The position numbers were made by a program, and so were the translations under genes. 64,000 nucleotides of DNA from Azolla caroliniana (taxonomy: Eukaryota; Plantae; Polypodiophyta). The notes beneath the pieces are model-generated. The model worked only from the letters and a program-made list of their open reading frames with translations. It searched no databases and was not told the DNA's origin. Below are positions 14,122 to 25,941 of this stretch, in pieces. The stretch is taken from positions 6,324,001-6,388,000 of the forward strand of contig JBHGNT010000010.1 of assembly GCA_043228905.1 (NCBI GenBank), read 5' to 3'. Position 1 is the first letter of the stretch. Each line of letters begins with the position of its first letter.

Positions 14122-14871
14122 CTTAAGTATACTGGTAAGTTTTAACCAAAACACATCCTTTTTTGCAAACTTGACATCGTTATGGGGCTCCACAAGAAGA
14201 GAGGGAACCGAAAAAGATATAATCGTGCTACCCCCCAAAAAGATACACGAGTAAAAAATGAGCCACAGATTTCTGTTTAGGGTTCATTCCATCAGCTTAT
14301 TTTGTCTCTATAATGCCAGCTTATTTATGTGTTCCTCCTGTAATTCACAAATTGGTAATGCAATAATATATTGTACTACTGATGGCAAACGCCAATGCAA
14401 GGCGAAAAACATAAATGATTACAAACAAATGAAGAGCATGCCATCACTTTGTTGTCTTAACATTAAACATTATGAAAAAAAGAGGGCACATATCGATCCC
14501 TCCATATCCGGTCAGATAGAAAACTTCAAAGATGAAAACCAGCAAGTTAGGCAGGTCAGAATCAGTTGAGAATAATCATATACGCCCACTCAATCTAGAG
14601 TAATGGATAGCTTATCTGAGAGTAATTGGGATTGTATGCAAAACGGCTTCATTACGATTCAGCAAGAGAAAAACCTCGCTTACTCCAGAGACATCAAGTG
14701 TCTTCAATTATTCATGCATGCAATAAAAAAAGTCATTACGAAGAGTTTTCACTCAGGTATATTATACATATAAGAATCTAAACAGACACATTTCAGATAA
14801 CAGGAGCTCCACTATTTGACAGCAAAGAATGCAGTATACATTATTCTGTCACACTGAAAAAGGGCATGCAA

Positions 14872-17800
14872 TCAATTACGTAGCTTCACATAAAGTATAA
14901 CAGCTATGACTATGAGCAGTACAACAATAAGCCCACTCATGATGCATTTGTTGCGTCCCATCCTGCTTGCCATATTCTTCAAAATATTCTTGCTCTTCCC
15001 AAGATTATCATCCACTCCATGCATCTGTTTAAAAGGAAAATCTCTCTCTATCTTTCATTTTTCATAAACCAGTGCATATACTAAAAGATGTCAACATAAA
15101 AGACTATTTCTGTCTTAAAGATAGTGAGGAACTTATGGCTAGGTCAACCCTCAAGGTTCTGTAAGACTTTACCGACATAAAGGCAACTCAACTGAGGACA
15201 AGGTGCCTACAGGGCTCAGTTGCAAGTACTAGCAAATCAAATTTTCTTTCAGCTTATATATCTACTGTGGTGTACATCATGCAGCAAACCTCTTTTGCAA
15301 TTGTTTTCCCCTTATGAGGTCTATACCCTAGAGGTAAGCAAAGTTGTTAACTGACCTATCAATCAGGTTCAAATCTCACTATATGCACTACTTTATTGAT
15401 GCCTTTGATACAGTACCAAGAGAGCTTCTCTTATAAAGGCTTCATGCACTCAAAATTTCCTCAAATATGACATAGGCAATATATGCACTATGTGAGCAGG
15501 TGTCCTGGGGAGCTATCCAAGGTCATCATAAGCACCATCAGTGTGAAGCAAGGATGAAATATTCTCACCTAGCCTCTTTGATCTCTGCATCGACAAGGTG
15601 GCTCACTACACATGTGGAGACAGCATAGGAGTCAACATATTATGTAAACCCATCCACATTCTTTCTTATGCTGATGCCATAACCTTGGTCTCCAAATCTC
15701 ATGCAAGTCTAAAACGCTGATAGTTTTTGGGGTGAAATGGGTTCACTTGCTAAACCTGGGAAAGACTAAGCCCATGATTTTCCACATATCTGCGTTGAGT
15801 TGCTGATAAGCTGTCTTCACCCCCACTATGCAAGGTAATGGAATATGAAGATCAACAGTGCTTGGAACTGTTCTTGGTAGAACATAAGAGACATAGAGGG
15901 AAGTTGTTGAAGGGAAACCACCACAACAGCTCATCAAAAGAGAACAATTATTACTTTCTTTAGCTCCAACACTAATGCTACAGGTCAATAGAGAACTACA
16001 TATGTGAGGTCTCAACCAAGACACCCAAAATGAGTTGCAATAAATCAGACATTCACACAAGCCATGACCATCTGAACCACAGTCTTTTCACACTTCAACA
16101 AATAAAGGCCATTATCACCCGGCACTGAAGGTGCTTTCCTCATTCCAGGGATCTCTATTTTTTAGAACCCTATGTTGAGCTATATTATTTTAGTTCCTTG
16201 TCATAAAAAATGAGAAAACCTTTTAATAATGTAATCTCTTATTTGGTCTTAAAGACGTTATTATAGCTTTCTTTTCTTTCTCTTACACAGACATACACAC
16301 CGTATCAGTTGCATGTAAAAGAGTTTGACGTTGCTGATGAAGATCTTGAAGGATACTGACACCTATCTCTTCAGTTTCCACCATAACTCGTCTACTTTCT
16401 TTCACTCTATCACCAGTCTGGTTTAATCTTTCAGTTGACACTAGCAACCTTTGTCTTTGATCCATAGAAGCCTGCATATACAAACACCATCCAATCATCC
16501 ATTTTCATAAAATTTCTCTACAAAGCTTGAATGCAATATGCCAACAGTAAATAAATAAACTCAATATCGACATACTGTTTGATGATTTACAAGCCCAGCC
16601 TCTAATAACTCCTCTCTTGAATTAGAATACCCATTAGATGAAGCTGCATTTTTTACGTCTTTCTTCAAATTATTTAAGTCTGTCTTGTATTCTCTGAGCT
16701 TTGCTAGAAAAACGGATTTTTGGCTTGGTTGTAAACTGCGTGCCTCTAAGTCCATTTTGCGGATCTACAAAGAGACATGTTATTTAGTATTCATCTTAAA
16801 TGCCACGAGAAAAAAACATGATTGTATTTTGTTCTTTAGCATACCAAAGATTCTGCTTCCTGCAGACCAGCATTTAACTCTGCAAGCTTTTGCTTCTTTT
16901 TCTCTGTTATAAAGCACAAGAGACACATTTTAAGAAAATGCACTTGACATATATCATACTCATGTCCTTTCTTTAGAGGATGACGTAAAATGGTTAAGGC
17001 AGTGAATTTAGCTTTGGTTAAAAAATGCACGGGTGTCAATAATTTCTATAATTTCTTAACATTGATCTTCCATCAGGGCTAGTGAATATGCATTAAAGAA
17101 GGTATACCATCATCATGAGAAAGGGGTAGTAAATCCTATTCTATTCATTCATAAAGCTTTGAATCTGTTTAAGTAAAACACTGTAGCCCCACCAAATGAG
17201 TGCCAAGGATATCAGTTTTGTTCCTAAACTGCTTTATAGACATATTGCCCATAAGATTCACTGTTGAACCACATACAACTCCTGCCTTAATTGTATTAAT
17301 CCAGATATCTCAGTTTTGCTATTGGCCTGTTTTGTCGATACATTAGCTATAAGATTTAACGTTGAGCAACGGTTGACTAACACCCCATAGGAAGCCTGCA
17401 GATGCACTTACAAAAATTGCAATGCAACTGGTAATGATCCTTGAAGCTCTTCGAATAAGGGTTCCTTAAACAGAATTAGTCATCATCAATGACAATTCGC
17501 ACCACACATACCTACACTACAAATCACCTGCCCGAAGGAAGGGAGATCACAGAAATATGCTTTTGATCCTCGAATTTCATAAAGTTTGTGCTTGTTCTAT
17601 CTCATACTTATAATTCACACACAGACACATATACATATATGCTTGATCAATCAAGTGATTAACTAATCTCATGAAAAAGTGATTGCCAAAACTAATTTCT
17701 TCCTTGTCACCCTTTTCATATTGAATATATAAAACGTTCATTCAGACTCTGATTCAATACCATAAAATACACTTTAACTCAATAAAAAAAAACGAATTCC

Positions 17801-18513
17801 TGAACACATGTATTCATTTCCATACAATGCTAGGATTTTCCATGGATCAAACTTTCCACTCCTGGAAAACAAATGCCTACATCCATTTATTTGCAGAATT
17901 TCATAAAGATAAACCCAATGCTGCTCCATTGGGAAATGAAATACAAGTCATGATGATCTGAAGAGACCACAAAATATGTGTATTGCGCAGATTTAAAGCA
18001 TAATAAACTGTAGAGAGACTACAAAAAAGGTATACAGCTATATAAAGAGCGTGATGTATGAAATACAAATTTACATGAATAAAATGACGCATAAGGAAAT
18101 CAAATACAAAGAATAAGGATATAAAAACCCACAAAATATGTATTATGTGCAGATAAAAGATACAAACGCAAATTGAATTATAAAGTTCAATGCAGAAGTT
18201 TCAATAAATACCACAAAATATGTCTTTTCTACAGATTTGCAAGCACGTAAATATCAATAAGGTAATAAAAAGGGCGGGAAAAAAAATCCAAAAGTCAAGA
18301 AAATATGTGCTTTATACAGATTTGCATAAAAGAGAGAATGAAGGATCGCTGCAATGATGGAAAAGAGGCCACAATCCCGTCGATTTACGAAAACATATTA
18401 AGAAGTTTAGGAGAACTACCTCCAGAGAGAGCTGAAATGGTTGAAGATTTGCGTATTAAATCAGTGGAGAGATCGCAATATTGCCTCTCATAACCATCGA
18501 AGATGTCGCTCAT
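14872..18513 (-). CDS. VTI1: Vesicle transport v-SNARE VTI1 family (Qb-SNARE, VTI11/12/13-like), 5 exons: 18513-18420, 16903-16845, 16764-16576, 16471-16301, 15024-14872 (221 aa)
   Basis: MSDIFDGYERQYCDLS.../EKKKQKLAEL...EAESL/IRKMDLEARSLQP...LAKLREYKTDLNNLK.../ASMDQRQRLL...ETEEIGVSILQDLHQQRQTLL.../MHGVDDNLGKSKNIL...C-terminal TM ending YVKLRN*. Splice sites are canonical and the length is typical. Confidence 0.97.
15385..15720 (+). mobile_element. LINE reverse-transcriptase fragment inside VTI1 intron 4
   Basis: Remnant motifs AFDTVPRELL, (G)VKQG and SYADA on the strand antisense to the gene. Confidence 0.65.
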
Positions 18514-18994
18514 TTTGCTGAAGGAAAGGAGAATCCTCCGCAGCGAATTCGAAATGTGACGCAGTTGCGTGGGGGGGGGAAGGGGGCACAAGAACAAGAA
18601 CAAGAAAGCAAACAGAGAGACAGAGACAGAGACAGAGAGAGAGAGAGAGAGAAACAGAGGATCAGACGAAAGCTTTGAGATTTAATTTCGATCGTTCGGT
18701 CGATTGATTCGATGCGAAGACAAACAGATGGAGAGAAACAGAAAAGCAGAAGAATTTCCGTGAAACAGAGAGACAGAGACAGAGACAGAACAGAGGAGGC
18801 ATGTGTGTAGGTTTCTACTATTTACAAGAATACCCCCCTACCCTCTCTCTCTCTCTCTCTCTCTAAAAAATAATGGCTTTCATTACAAAAGAAAAAAAAC
18901 ACCACCAAGTCTAACTTTATAACTTACTACAAAGTATAGAATCCTTCTAGGAAGCTAAATATTACTATTACGACGTCTCTCTCTCTCTCTCTAT

Positions 18995-19065
18995 CGTAAT
19001 TAGCTTACCCTAGTGGTAAGTCGATAACACTACAAGCACTGTGTCTTGGGATCGAAACCCAATTT
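18995..19065 (+). mobile_element. tRNA-derived (SINE-head-like) fragment
   Basis: A-box-like TAGTGGTAAG and B-box-like GGATCGAAACCC with tRNA spacing. No intact cloverleaf. Confidence 0.4.
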
Positions 19066-19119
19066 CCTCACCTCATATATATTATATATATCTCATATAT
19101 ATCTCTATTTCACTAGATG

Positions 19120-19192
19120 CCACTATGGAATGTAGGGGTTGAACCCATGACCACCTGGTCTCCATTGGGCAACCTTACCAATTGACGAGTTC
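19120..19192 (-). mobile_element. tRNA-derived (SINE-head-like) fragment
   Basis: Minus strand CAATTGGTAAGG...GGTCATGGGTTCAACCCC. Confidence 0.4.
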
Positions 19193-19724
19193 TCTCTCTC
19201 TCTCTCTCTCTCTTCATGGTTTAGATTTCGTGACTTCTCTCTAGCACTGCCGATTGCCACAAAAGGAGTCCTTTTTAACTTCATTTAACATATTTTCTCA
19301 CCCCAACTTGCGAATCAAAAGTGAAGGCATCCTACATCTTCCGATTGAACTATAGCCCCCAATACTTCAAGAACTCAAAAGTAATTTGGAAATGTGGCAT
19401 TGGTTCATTGTTCTCCATATGTGCAAAAACCCAATCGAGGGAAGATAGGCTTACTCCAGTTAGAGAGCTCCACACTAAATTGATATACTTCCAAACCATC
19501 CTAGCTATCAGGATGAAAGAAATTGATGCCTACTATGTTCCAACTCCACTTAACAAAAGAAACATGTTCCTTTAGCAATGTTTCTTTTTTTAAATTCATC
19601 CCCTGTAAAGCTCCAACCATAACTCTCTAAATGAATACCTTAGCTCATAACATCAATTAGTAACACCAACATGCCTATACCACATTAAACCACCAAGTAA
19701 TTGCCATGATGACATAACTTTTGG

Positions 19725-19790
19725 TTACAAGGATTCAAACCCACAACTTGTTGGTCTACATGTCAAACCTTTAACCATTATGATAACATA
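19725..19790 (-). mobile_element. tRNA-derived fragment
   Basis: Minus strand TAATGGTTAAAGG...GTGGGTTTGAATCC (B box with CpG decay). Confidence 0.35.
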
Positions 19791-21204
19791 TATGGTGTAT
19801 AGTCATAATAATTATATTGTTAGTACCTAACATTCACACAGGCGAATACAACCAACTAGATGATTGGGGTAGAGAGTCCTCGTTAGATGCTGAAAGGAAT
19901 ACGGTTTCCTAAGCTATGCTCGGCCACAACCGAGACGTCAGATCAAACACAGAAAACAGGGATGTGGTGAGATGTATCTACACACGAAACAGTAAAGAAG
20001 AGAGTGCACTGGATGTTAACGTGGAAAACCCAAATCTGGGAAAAACCACGACAGCCCTCAGACTGCAAAATATCACTATATCAAGATTACAACAATGGGG
20101 CACAGAGGCAACGACCTCTTGCTCCCTCACTTCGCCACTAGGTGGTTACAACAGAGGCACCAACCTCTTCCTCTCTCTCTCTCTTCTCTGTACACAGTTA
20201 CGCTCTGAATTATCGCCACAATGATAATAACACAACCAACTCTACATTATCACTATTAAGTTTGCCCTAGGTCATATTTATACTAATATGACTTTCGGTC
20301 TATTTACAAATATAGCCCCAATGGGCTCTCTGGAACATATTTACATATATGTCCCTTCCATCCGATGAGAGGTTCTCACCGGGCCTACAACATCCAGTTC
20401 TCACCGGGTCTTCCGTTGTCGGGTACTCGTCATCCGGATTCGGCCTCGGCCGAGTTGCTCATCAACACTGTTCTTCTCACTTCGCATCCGGAGGGACCTG
20501 TTTCCTAACAAACTCCCCCTTAACTCCGACATGGGATGTCGTACTAGTCCGATCCGCTTCCGACATGCATCCAGCTTGTCAAGTATCAATACTTTCGTTA
20601 GCATATCTGACCCATTCTCAATCGTGTGGATCTTCGTCAGTGCGAACTCTCGATCTTCTACTCGCTCCCGGATCCAGTGATACCTACCTTGGATGTGCTT
20701 CGTCCTGGACTGGTACGCTGCGTTCTTAGCAAGGTGGATGGCGCTTCGACTGTCGCAATAGAGCTGGTATTCATCTTGCCGGTGTCAGGAACAGTACTAA
20801 GACAGAGAAGGACTTAGTACTAAAAGAAGTATTAGTACTAAGAGAGGTGAAGAACTCTCGAGAGAAGGAAAGAGTGAGTGAGAGGGAGGGAGAGAGAGAT
20901 CGAGAGAGAGAGAGAGTGATGATAAGAAAAGATATATATTATGTGAAGAAAATGTATAGTAGCTAGGAGGCTTAAGACTGGCGTTGAACCGATTTGGTTC
21001 GAAATAATGCCTTGTGCCTCCTTTTATAGTGTTCTAAGGAATACTCCTGAAGTTTCTAGAATGTTCCAGAGAAATCTGGAATATACATCAATTTTCTATA
21101 ATAAAACATAAATGAAAATAATATTCTACGTATTACAATGTATAATCTAATGGTCAAGAGCTCGACCCATGTAGCATAAGGTCATGGGTTCGAGTCTTGC
21201 CATA

Positions 21205-24200
21205 TCATGACACTATCGCTCCTTTAAAACGATGAGTGTAACGAGTCGTTTTGGATTGAGGACCCGGTTTGTCTGGATATTGACGATGGAAGTCTTCAAG
21301 AAGAGCACGAGCATTGGTGACATTCTTTATCGGTTCCCAAGTACGCTCGCTGGGACTATATCTTAGCCAATCGACTAGATAGTAGAGCTTGTTGCGAACA
21401 AACTTGGAATCAAGGATGGCAGCAACCTCGTACTCAGGTCCATCTTCAAGCTCGATCGGGGGTGGAGGCTGTGTAATACGGCCTGGGATGGTGCTCTCTT
21501 GATAAGGTTCGAGGAGAGAACTATGAAACACCAGATGTATTTGAAGTTGTGGAGGTAGATCAAGATGAAAAGCGAAATCATTAATCTTTCCTATAATACG
21601 GAAAGGACCTAATCGCCGATAATCCAACTTCTCGCATGGGCGAGTAGTCTTGATGTGTCGTCGGAGTAGCCATACCCGATCTCCAATGTTAAAACTAGAT
21701 GGGAGTCGATGACGATCCGCATAAACCTTGTGTGTTTGTTGAGCTTGTTGGAGATGAGTAGACAAATCCGCTTGTATCTTGCATAACCTCTCCAAACGAT
21801 CCTCTGCGCAAGGATTTGTGGACACCTCTGGGGTTTCAAGTACACACCACCGGGGGTGACATCCCGTATAAGCATAAAATGGCGTAACTTTCGTGGATGC
21901 GTGGATAGAGTTGTTATAGGCAAATTCGGCGAAGTGGAGAATATCTGCCCAGTCATCCTGATGATAACTGAGAAAGCACCGCAGATACTGCTCCAGCGTT
22001 TGATTGGTTCGTTCGGCTTGGCCGTCGGTTTGTGGGTGGTAGCCGGAGGAGAGGTTACAAGTGACCTTGAGCATGTTAAAAAGGTGCTTCCAGAATTTTG
22101 ACACGAACTAGGGTCCATGGTCGCTGATGATAATATCGAGAAGTCCATGATGCCAACATACTTCACGCATGACAATTTCAACAGTGTCTTCACTGGAGAT
22201 CTCCTTAGTACATGGCAAGAAATGAGCCATCTTCGTACATCGATCAACCATCGTTAGAATCGCATTGAACCCCTTAGAGACTGGAAGATCTGTGATGAAG
22301 TCTAGAGCAATGGACTGCCATGGCTTGCTTGGAATTGGTAATGGTTCTAATAAACCATATGGATGATGCCTTGGCATTTTCGCTCTGTAGCATGTATCAC
22401 AAGTCCGAACAAAATCCTCGACAAATTGTCGCATATAGGGCCACCAGAATGATCGTTGTACTAAATGTAGTGTTTTAGTACTTACCAAAATGCCCAGTTG
22501 TATATGTGTCATGACAGTTTTGTACTACTTGAAGGCGGCAAGAACCATTAGGAACATACAAAAGTTCTTTAAAGAAGAGTAATCCATCATGGTATTTGAA
22601 TTGCCGATAGTCCGTACCTGGTGGTTGCGACTGTGAACACGACGCTCGAGAGGGATCAATTTGTGCTAGTATAGCTTGGGCGAACGCATCTGTCTTCAAG
22701 TCTTCGCGTATGGTATCGATAACGCGGGAATCCATGGGCATGTGAAAGATCTATGTTGCTTGTAGTCGTGCCGGTCCCAAGATGACTTGTTTTTGGTTAT
22801 CGAAAGCTGGCTCGCCAGGACGGGGTGCTAGATACGAACGCCGTGATAATGCATCTGCCTTCCCTTGGTGCTTCCCCGGACGATATGTAATTTTGAAGTC
22901 GAAACGGTGAGGAAGTGGGCCCACCGAGCTTGACGTCGATTCAACACACGAGCATCCTGAAAGTAGGCAAAGTTCTTGTGGTCACTAAATACGGTGACAG
23001 GATGAGAGGATCCCTCCAAAAAATGTCTCCATTGTATAAAAGAATCCACTATTGCCAATAGTTCCTTATCATGAATTTCGTAGTTGATTTCGGCGGCGTC
23101 AAACTTGCGTGAGTGAAAAGCCACAAGATGTAGCTTCTCATCATTCCCTTGTTGTGACAGAATGCTCCCCAATGCAAAATCCGATGCGTCAGCTTCGATA
23201 ATGAATGGTTTTTCCGGATTGACATGAGCTAGAATTGGAGCCGATGTAAATGCCTTTTTAGGACTCTCGAAAGCCACATCCATTTCTTCAGACCAGATGA
23301 ACAGTTGCCCCTTCTTGGTAAGTTGTGTGAGAGGTAGAACGAGATCTTTGAGTAATCTTGTATGAACTTCCGGTAAAAATTGGCAAAGCTAGGAAGCATT
23401 GCACATCCCGCACCGAACGCGGAGTCTGCCATTCTACCACCGTTTTGACCTTAGCTGGGTCCATGGAGATGCCTTCTGACAAAATGATGTAGCCGAGAAA
23501 TTCCACTTGGTTGTACCCGAAACTACATTTTTCCAGCTTTGCATACAGACCATGTTCTCGAAGTTGTTTTAGTACTAATAGTACATGAGAATCATGTTCT
23601 TCTTGGGTCTTTGAATAAACTAGTAGATCATCCAAATAGATGATCAAACAATCATCCAAAAGATCTCGGAATATATCATTAGCCATGTGCTGGAAGACTG
23701 CCAGTGCATTACTGAGGCCGAACGGCATGACCGTATACTCGAAGTGCCCATATCTGGTGCGAAACGCGGTCTTCCATTCGTCTCTTGGTCGGATCCGTAC
23801 GAGGTTATATGCTCCCCGTAAGTCGATCTTCGTGAAGAACCTGACACCATTGATCCGTTCTAAAAGACTTGAGATAAGGGGAAGAGCATACCTATTCCTG
23901 ATTGTAACCTTATTCAGGCCATGGTAATCTACAACGAAACGAAGCGATCCATCCTTTTTCTTGACGAAGAAAATGGGCGTGCCCGCTGGAGATTTCGAAT
24001 GTCGGATGAAACCATTTTCCAAATTCTCCTCTATATAGGCCCGAAGGACTTCCAGCTCGGTTGGTGACAAATTGTAGATCGGTCCCCATGGCGGCTCTTT
24101 TCCCGGCTGTAAATCGATGGGGCAATCGTACGGTTGATGATGAGGAAGTGTGTTGGCTTGTACTTTATCGAACACATCGGCGTAACGACGATACTTCTCA

Positions 24201-24802
24201 GGAAGTTGAACGGTGGATTCTTCTTTAGTGGTGCTGGAGGGGTTTACTGATATTGCAAAGAGGAACATTTCCTCCTTGTGCCCTTCTTTACGCAACTGAC
24301 GTAGCGAAATGGTTGCCATCTTCTGAGTTGACCCTTGGGTTTGTCGACACCGGATTTCTCTTGTTCTCCAATCTATGTCTGGGTTATGTAACTCGAACCA
24401 CGGTAATCCTAAAACTATGGGATTTTCTGGGATACTAATAATATTAAATGATACTACACATGCTAAGTTATCTAGGACAATATTAATGGGCTCTGACTCT
24501 TCTATGATATTTCCGGAAGCAATGGGACGTCCATCAATGACTACTACAGAGGCTGGACACTGGAGTTTTCTTAGGGATATCTTATGAGCTTGAGCAAATT
24601 TCTTATCCATAAATGAAGAGTTAGCTCCGAAATCTCGAAGTGCTAGGACATGTACTGGAGGGGTACTTTTAGTACTAACTATTACTTGGGCTACAAACAC
24701 ATCACTAACTTGCTTAGAGGGAATGGAACCACTAATGGGCTGCACAGATCTAGTGCTGTCCAACCAAACGACTCCTATTTTGGCTGGACTTAGTCGTTTA
24801 AC
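21205..24802 (-). pseudogene. pol: Chromovirus pol (protease, RT, RNase H, integrase, chromodomain), broken by frameshifts/stops
   Basis: Fragments 23288-24763 (RT IYLDDLL), 22828-23283 (RH), 22108-22512 and 21205-22104 (INT, GPF, chromodomain EYEVAAILDS...YLVDW..Y...TWEP). Confidence 0.92.
24758..24802 (-). promoter_or_regulatory. Putative -1 programmed ribosomal frameshift signal (G_TTA_AAC + 6-nt spacer + 11-bp stem-loop)
   Basis: The slippery heptamer lies just before the gag stop, and the -1 frame is open into pol. Stem GTCCAGCCAAA/TTTGGTTGGAC. The signal is conserved at 32531-32575. Confidence 0.75.
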
Positions 24803-25941
24803 TCTTCTTCTAACTGACTAAGGACATCAAATCTGTTCGCTAGATCTGGGCTATTAGTACTATTAGGACTATCAGATATCCCTACTGAAATAGGCTCGGG
24901 TTTAGTACAATTAGAACTAACGACTATTTGGTTTACCTGTCTTCTTGGTCTATGGGGGCAATTTATTGCAATATGTCCTGGTCCACCGCAGTAAAGACAT
25001 AGTCGATTTGTACGACGTCGCTGCTTTTCTTCTTCGGATAATGGCCCTCGACGACGTGTAGTGTCAATCTCCATCGGAGTCAGAGTATTCGCTGGAGGCA
25101 CATTATATGACTCCCTCGGAAAAGGTCTTGCTACCACTGAGGCGTAGGTGGGCTCTGATCTTGCCCTCGGCATCTGTAGCTGTCGTTCCGAACGTCGCTC
25201 AAAGAGGCGGTTGTCACATCTCATCGCGCGACTGATTGCTTCTGTTAAGGACTTTGGCTCTTCGGGGAAGGTCAAGAGTAAATCCTTGACGTCGTTGCGT
25301 AAACCATAACGGAATTGCTCCATCAACGCTTGATCATCCCAAGGGATATCGGCGGCAAGTAGGCGAAAATCTGTAGCATATGCAGAGGCTGGACGGTCAC
25401 CTTGGCGTAATCGCCAAATTTTGTGGATTGCGGTCCTGATGCTGTCAGTATCTCCGAAACATGCTTTAAACTCACCTAGAAACTCTTCAAAATTATTGAG
25501 TAACGGAGATTCCTTTTCTAATAGTGGAGCGAACCATGCCAACGCTGAGCCACTTAACAAAGTGCCTACTAAACCCACTCGTGATGCATCAGTGGGATAT
25601 CGGGAAGGATGCATTTGAATAACTAATCGTACCTGGTTAAGGAACCCTCTAAACTGCGATCGCGTTCCATCGAACTTCGTGGGAAGGCCAATCTTGGGTT
25701 CTTTATGAATCCCTTGTGTTCCGAGCCCTTGTTGTTGCATCGCTACGATGGTTGCTTCGAGTTGTTGCACGCGTAACGCAAGTTCCCCATGTTGTTGTTG
25801 CGTTTGCTGCTTTTCTAAGGAGATTTGCTGAAGATCCCCCAGCAACCGTTGGTTTTCTTGTTCCAAAGCATGGAACTTCTCTTTCAAGCATTGAAATTCC
25901 GAGAAAACAGATTGATATTCTTTAGCGCTAACAGTGGCCAT
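24790..25941 (-). CDS. gag: Intact Gag of Tcn1-like chromovirus (PEG10-like capsid, CCHC knuckle), 383 aa
   Basis: N-terminal coiled coil, KIGLPTKFDGTRSQFRGFLNQ, LRQGDRPASAY, PMEID and CLYCGGPGHIAINC. Confidence 0.9.
   Translation of the reverse strand: MATVSAKEYQSVFSEFQCLKEKFHALEQENQRLLGDLQQISLEKQQTQQQHGELALRVQQLEATIVAMQQQGLGTQGIHKEPKIGLPTKFDGTRSQFRGFLNQVRLVIQMHPSRYPTDASRVGLVGTLLSGSALAWFAPLLEKESPLLNNFEEFLGEFKACFGDTDSIRTAIHKIWRLRQGDRPASAYATDFRLLAADIPWDDQALMEQFRYGLRNDVKDLLLTFPEEPKSLTEAISRAMRCDNRLFERRSERQLQMPRARSEPTYASVVARPFPRESYNVPPANTLTPMEIDTTRRRGPLSEEEKQRRRTNRLCLYCGGPGHIAINCPHRPRRQVNQIVVSSNCTKPEPISVGISDSPNSTNSPDLANRFDVLSQLEEELND

Noticed and set aside
19916-20224. Duplicated ORF MLGHNRDV... 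(also 30270-30626) as a gene pair
   Set aside because: It lies within the two Copia LTRs, so the duplication is explained by LTR identity.
21141-21212. Functional tRNA gene
   Set aside because: No convincing acceptor or anticodon stem. It is part of an LTR and duplicated with it.
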